Position numbers and translations under genes: made by a program | Part shown: positions 59,632-64,000 of the stretch, piece after piece | Layout: every line of letters starts with the position of its first letter | Numbering within the stretch: the stretch's first letter is position 1 | DNA from: Deltaproteobacteria bacterium UBA6601 | GTDB taxonomy: Bacteria > Myxococcota_A > UBA796 > UBA9615 | Direction: 5' to 3' | Length of the DNA: 64,000 bases | Assembly: GCA_002433485.1 (NCBI GenBank) | Contig: DJIF01000054.1 | Span: 1,158 to 65,157, forward strand | Notes under the pieces: model-generated | Seen by the model: only the letters and a program-made list of their open reading frames with translations | The model's database searches: none | Told to the model about the DNA's origin: nothing

Positions 59632-60724
59632 GCCATCGGTGGAACTGACCCCAGCTGAGCTGAAGAACCTCAAGAGCCTCCACTTTCAGCACCGCGAGTT
59701 CGAAGAGCTGCAGGCCGGACTCAAACTCAAAAACCTGCCTGACAACCAGCTCGACGAGCAGCCTCTTCCGCCGCCTGAAGGCAGCATACTTGCAGTTCCG
59801 GAGGGCGCTGAGGAGGGAAGCTTGCGGCGGCATGGCCAGGCGGCCATAGACGCCGGCCAGGCCGCTCTGGTGCTGCTCAATGGCGGCATGGCGACCCGCT
59901 TTGGTGGACGGGTCAAGGGCGTGGTAGACGCGCTCCCCGGACGTTCCTTTCTCGCCCTCCAACTCGCCCGCCTGGCAACCACCGGCTGCCCGCTGGTGCT
60001 GATGAACTCCCAGGCCACAGACTCCGTGACCCGCTCTCATCTTGAAGAAAATCGCTTCTTCGGTATGGACCCCACCGCGGTCATCAGCTTTCAACAGAGC
60101 GCTGCACCGAGGCTGACCCCCGCAGGTGATCTCTATCGAGATCAACAGGGCGCGCTGTCCCTCTACGGACCCGGCCATGGCGACCTGCTGCCCTCGCTAC
60201 GTCGCAGCGGGGCCCTGGCGAGTCTGCAGCGCCGCGGCGTTAAATTTCTCTTAGTAGCCAACGTCGACAACCTGGGCGCAGAACTCTCGGCGCCATTGCT
60301 GGGTCTATTCCAAAAGACAGGTTCACAGATGATGGCTGAAGTGTGCAGCAAGGCGCCAGGAGAAGTTGGTGGGTCACCGGCCATGGTGGCAGGGAAAGTG
60401 CGCATCGTTGAAGGCTTTGCCTTTCCCCCGACCTTCGATCAGGACAGCCTGCCGGTATTCAACACCAACACCCTGTGGTTCCGCTGCGACGCACTCGAAG
60501 AAGCCCTTCCTTTGCGCTGGTACCAGGTCCACAAGCGGGTCAACGGCGAACAAGTCGTCCAGTTCGAGCGGCTGGTTGGTCAGGCCAGCTGGTTTCTCGA
60601 CTCCAGCTACGTCAAGGTGCCGCGCCGCCGCTTCTGTCCGATCAAGAGCCCAGAAGACCTCAGCGCAGCTCAGACCCAGCTCCGTGCCCTATTCGATGGC
60701 TCCAAGACGCAAGAGAGCGGCTAG
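59624..60724 (+). CDS. UTP--glucose-1-phosphate uridylyltransferase, UDPGP (eukaryote-like/GlmU-fold) family
   Basis: LLNGGMATRFGG.VK, MNS, FQQS, GPGHGD, NVDNLGA, GG, FNTN, QFE, RF.PIK; start uncertain (59624 or 59639). Confidence 0.85.
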   Translation: MTEPSVELTPAELKNLKSLHFQHREFEELQAGLKLKNLPDNQLDEQPLPPPEGSILAVPEGAEEGSLRRHGQAAIDAGQAALVLLNGGMATRFGGRVKGVVDALPGRSFLALQLARLATTGCPLVLMNSQATDSVTRSHLEENRFFGMDPTAVISFQQSAAPRLTPAGDLYRDQQGALSLYGPGHGDLLPSLRRSGALASLQRRGVKFLLVANVDNLGAELSAPLLGLFQKTGSQMMAEVCSKAPGEVGGSPAMVAGKVRIVEGFAFPPTFDQDSLPVFNTNTLWFRCDALEEALPLRWYQVHKRVNGEQVVQFERLVGQASWFLDSSYVKVPRRRFCPIKSPEDLSAAQTQLRALFDGSKTQESG

Positions 60725-60743
60725 CCACCCTGGCTCGCGACGG

Positions 60744-61460
60744 CTAGAAGCCCAAGCCAAACTCCAAGGGGAAGTCACGAGCAGGAATGCAATAGCTGGC
60801 CTTGGAGGCACCCCGCAAGGGCTCGCCTTGCGGCTCTGCAAAGTGCAGACTCAGCTCAGTCTCGACGGTTGAGTCCTCTGCATAGCTCTTAAGCTGAACG
60901 TCTCCAGCAAGAGCAGGGTAGATAGTAGCTTGATAGTTGCTGCTGCCCGAGAACTCCTCGGCGCAGGCGTCAAAGTCGGCAGCTGGATAGTAGAGAACAT
61001 CAGCGTCAAAGTTAGGGCCCGCTGCCAGGTCCAGGGTCGCCTCATCGTGAAAGGCGTAGCTGGTCTCAAGCCCGATGTCTTCAGGTCGAGGGAGAGCCTT
61101 CATGCGAATCTGTGCATGCCAGAAGGGCTCTTCGCCCAGGTAAGAGGACATGAGCGTCTCCCAGGCGTTGCAGTAATCAGCGGGGGCCAGTCCGTCCTGC
61201 TGCTGCTGACGCAGCGCAGCCAGCTCGGAGAGTAGCGCTGGAAGTCGCTCGCACGGCTCGCTCAGAGGAGTCAACCAGAGCTGCAGATCATGAAAGGGGA
61301 CGGCAGTCCCAGGATCGGTGCCACGCAGCTCAAAATACACCGCCTCCTCAAAGGCCAGTTCCTCCCCACCAAGACTGCCACCCAGGCCAAATGGAAGGCA
61401 GCCACTGACCAGCGCCAGAGCGAAGACGAGCAGCGTGCTTAGCAAAATCTGCGAACCCAT
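60744..61460 (-). CDS. Hypothetical lipoprotein
   Basis: MGSQILLSTLLVFALALVSGC lipobox; four further Cys. Confidence 0.65.
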   Translation of the reverse strand: MGSQILLSTLLVFALALVSGCLPFGLGGSLGGEELAFEEAVYFELRGTDPGTAVPFHDLQLWLTPLSEPCERLPALLSELAALRQQQQDGLAPADYCNAWETLMSSYLGEEPFWHAQIRMKALPRPEDIGLETSYAFHDEATLDLAAGPNFDADVLYYPAADFDACAEEFSGSSNYQATIYPALAGDVQLKSYAEDSTVETELSLHFAEPQGEPLRGASKASYCIPARDFPLEFGLGF

Positions 61461-61530
61461 ACCGCTCAGTATGCCCCATCCCAGCCGACTCCAGCCCAAC
61501 TCAGACAACGGCCCGAGGCGCTGAAGCCGA

Positions 61531-62256
61531 TCACTCCACAAGTTGCTCCATGAGTCCCTGCTGCTCGATGAACTGCCAGGTCGACCAATGTCGGACGTCT
61601 GCCCGGCCCCCAAACTCCAACCAGAACGTACACAGATCGTCGCCGTCATCAACATCCAGAAAAGCCGGCAGCTCAACCACCTCACGACCCTGCTGGGCAG
61701 CAGCGGCAACGGTCTCTGAGAACACCGAACCGGTGCTCATCACCCGCGGGAACAGAGAGTCCGCCCGGCGGTCCAGTCCAACCAGATAGTAACCACCATC
61801 GAGATCCGGACCCAGTATCACGCTGCCCGGCTGCTGAGTCAGGGCGGCAAAGGCCTGCTCGACAAAAGAGTGAGGCAGGTGCGGCGAGTCCGAGTTGCGC
61901 ATCACGACCCGGGCATAGCCCAACTCAAACAGTTGGACGAAGACCGCATCCATACGCTCATTAAGATTCTCCCCCTGCTGCTGCAGATACCTGGCGTCCG
62001 CAGGAAAATAGCTGCTCAGCTCACCCGGCTGATCAACCTCTCCACACCAGGCGATCCAGAGATCCACGGGCGCATCCCACTGACTCAGCTCGCGACCAAT
62101 ATCGCGCAAAAAGGCCCGATACAGACCCACTGCCTGTTCTTCCTGTAGAGGCGGGCAAAGTCTGGTCTTGCAACGTCCAGCAACAGGAACCCGCACCATT
62201 ACAACAAGGGCCTGAGGATAGCGCGGGCTGTGGAGTTCGGAACTGTGCTGGGACAT
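61531..62256 (-). CDS. DUF2064/TIGR04282-like glycosyltransferase (CofC-like nucleotide-diphosphosugar fold)
   Basis: R.P.AGRCKTRL.P, Q.GENLNERM, SDSP, LGP..DGGYYLVG, DVD..DDL. Confidence 0.85.
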   Translation of the reverse strand: MSQHSSELHSPRYPQALVVMVRVPVAGRCKTRLCPPLQEEQAVGLYRAFLRDIGRELSQWDAPVDLWIAWCGEVDQPGELSSYFPADARYLQQQGENLNERMDAVFVQLFELGYARVVMRNSDSPHLPHSFVEQAFAALTQQPGSVILGPDLDGGYYLVGLDRRADSLFPRVMSTGSVFSETVAAAAQQGREVVELPAFLDVDDGDDLCTFWLEFGGRADVRHWSTWQFIEQQGLMEQLVE

Positions 62257-62567
62257 CGAGGCAGACTGCAATTATACCCCTTCGCGATCGGTAATTTTAA
62301 GCGAATTGTTGCAGTCCAGGCAGTGGTAAAGGGTTGGGCCAAGGATCTCGAAATCGACTCTCTTGCCGTACAAAGCATGGAAGCGATGAACACGGCCTGG
62401 GCCAGGAGACGCTGCACAGACTGCTACAACGGAAGCTATCTCTCCGCTGAATCTTGCCCATGGAGAGCGACCCGGTGGCGCAGCAGAGCCGAGCTGCAAC
62501 CGGCCCGATATTTGCTCCGTCTGGACAGGCTCCGCGTCAGCACACAGAGAAAGCTCATAAGCAGGGC

Positions 62568-64000
62568 TTATTGGAGGGCCAGGGTCAGCTGATATTCCCA
62601 CAACAAGGGGTCGAGCGGCGGGCTGTACATGTCAACGACCAGATAATAGCGACCCGCCTGAGGCGGGCTCCAGCCCTCGATATACTCCGCCTCACCTGCC
62701 ACCGTAGCGTCCACAGCGGCGCCCTCAATACAGCTCTCGGGAGCCTGGCAGTCGGCAAGAATGTAGAGCTGCAGGTCCTCATCACTGAGGGCGCTTACAT
62801 CAAGACGCCCGCCGGCTGCCATGTCCAAGGGGATGAACAACTCCGGACCAGTAGAGTCCCAGTCTAAACACGGAACGGAGTCGACCCGCGAGCGAGTCTG
62901 AACTCCATAGCCAAGCGCGCTGTTGGAGGAACTTGATGGCGCCAAGACTGCCTCTGCACAACTGTCGTAGGAGGGCCAACCGCTCACATGGAGCACCTGC
63001 GGAAACTCCAATACCTGGGCAGAGACGCCGCTTACCGACAAATCACGCGGTCCCGGTGTCGCCTGAGAGGAGGCGCTGGCCTCGACCAACAGTTGTTCAG
63101 GACTCACCCCTGCGGTCACGGCGGCAACACTAAGACCCGCCCCAAAGCTAAGATCTCCTGGGGCAGGCAGCCCCCCCCAACCAGACTCCCGCGACAGTAC
63201 AAAACTGCGAGTCTGCCCCGGCACAATCCAGCCTGGGCGAAGGGCGGGAGTACTGATCTCAAGTTCTAACTCAAACGGACCGCCACTAGCGGTGGCTGTA
63301 GCGCCAACACCCACATAACTGTCGACCACTAGATAGTAGGTTCCCGATGTATCCGCGATGAAGGTCAGCACCTCCGGCTCGCCGCTGAGCCCCGCATCAG
63401 CACAGCCCACGGCAGAGGCGGGCAGCCCGCACGCACTCAGCAGTGCGAGGGCGCCATCGGCAAGCCCTGCCTGCTGCAGGGTTGCCACCATCATCTGCCC
63501 TTCCTGCAGATCGAGCCGATAAACGGAGTCTCGACCGTTCAGAGACCAGGGAAGACAGGAATAACCCGAAGCGTGGGTGTTACTGAGCGAGGCAGTAGTC
63601 GAGCTGTAGCTTCCAGCTGATAGCGGTGCAATGGCATCCGCAGCCAGACAGTCGTTAGATGGCAAGAGGTCGAGGACAGTAAAGGCATCAGGCCAATCTA
63701 CGGTCCCACCAGGACCGGTAATTCTGATGTGTCTGGGCCCGGGCGCAGCAACTGAGCTGATCTGCAGCTGCAGACTGGCACTCGACGGATCACTGCGCTC
63801 CGGCACCAGAGCCAGCACCGTTACCCCTGCAGCACTCAAGGTTCCAGTGCCATCAAGCTGCCCGACCTCAACGGTCACCCCATCGAAGCTCCCCGAATAC
63901 CAGTTAATGACCGCGCCGAAAGTCTGACCAGGCTCACCATAGGCCGGAGCAAGCACCAGATCCGGCAGGAGTTCGACTTGTAGTCGGCGCTCCTGCCGGG
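62568..64000 (-). CDS. C-terminal part of a large secreted/surface protein with two tandem [Ig-like + Cys-containing PPC-like] modules (5' truncated)
   Basis: Frame open to window end; GPRHIRI/GPRDLSV, NDC/DSC, SCLPW..NG/PCLDW..TG, GTYYLVVD/GRYYLVVD duplicated. Confidence 0.7.
   Translation of the reverse strand, partial: RQERRLQVELLPDLVLAPAYGEPGQTFGAVINWYSGSFDGVTVEVGQLDGTGTLSAAGVTVLALVPERSDPSSASLQLQISSVAAPGPRHIRITGPGGTVDWPDAFTVLDLLPSNDCLAADAIAPLSAGSYSSTTASLSNTHASGYSCLPWSLNGRDSVYRLDLQEGQMMVATLQQAGLADGALALLSACGLPASAVGCADAGLSGEPEVLTFIADTSGTYYLVVDSYVGVGATATASGGPFELELEISTPALRPGWIVPGQTRSFVLSRESGWGGLPAPGDLSFGAGLSVAAVTAGVSPEQLLVEASASSQATPGPRDLSVSGVSAQVLEFPQVLHVSGWPSYDSCAEAVLAPSSSSNSALGYGVQTRSRVDSVPCLDWDSTGPELFIPLDMAAGGRLDVSALSDEDLQLYILADCQAPESCIEGAAVDATVAGEAEYIEGWSPPQAGRYYLVVDMYSPPLDPLLWEYQLTLALQ

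Noticed and set aside
58849..60724. RiPP biosynthetic cluster around the PqqD-like gene
   Set aside because: No radical SAM, YcaO, lasso cyclase, peptidase or credible precursor peptide nearby.
61531..62256. Arsenosugar biosynthesis pathway
   Set aside because: Only the DUF2064-like gene is present; no ArsS-like radical SAM, ArsM or partner GT2 in the window.

Overview
GC-rich bacterial chromosomal segment, most likely from a Myxococcota/deltaproteobacterial lineage. This is inferred from MYXO-CTERM-like C-termini, Cys/Asp-rich DxDGDG...DCDD...DNDCDG repeat proteins and an Oar-like TonB-dependent receptor. Housekeeping core: ppdK, a single-ORF fused glyQS, dnaE, an orphan mreB convergent on a dcw cluster (mraZ-rsmH-ftsL-ftsI-murE-murF-mraY-ftsW-murG-murC-murB-ftsQ-ftsA-ftsZ, with murD and ddl absent), smpB, prmA and korAB. 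Envelope and accessory genes are interspersed: a TonB receptor plus a 902-aa Cys/Asp-repeat lipoprotein, a second repeat protein with both a lipobox and a MYXO-CTERM, a TlpA lipoprotein carrying Cys-rich repeats next to a VKOR-DsbA fusion, a MYXO-CTERM peptidoglycan amidase, an HDOD protein, and a GT-C / PqqD-like-TPR-Zn-ribbon / UDPGP / DUF2064 neighbourhood. I found no rRNA, tRNA, tmRNA, CRISPR array or mobile element. All calls come from motif recognition by eye; no database searches were run.
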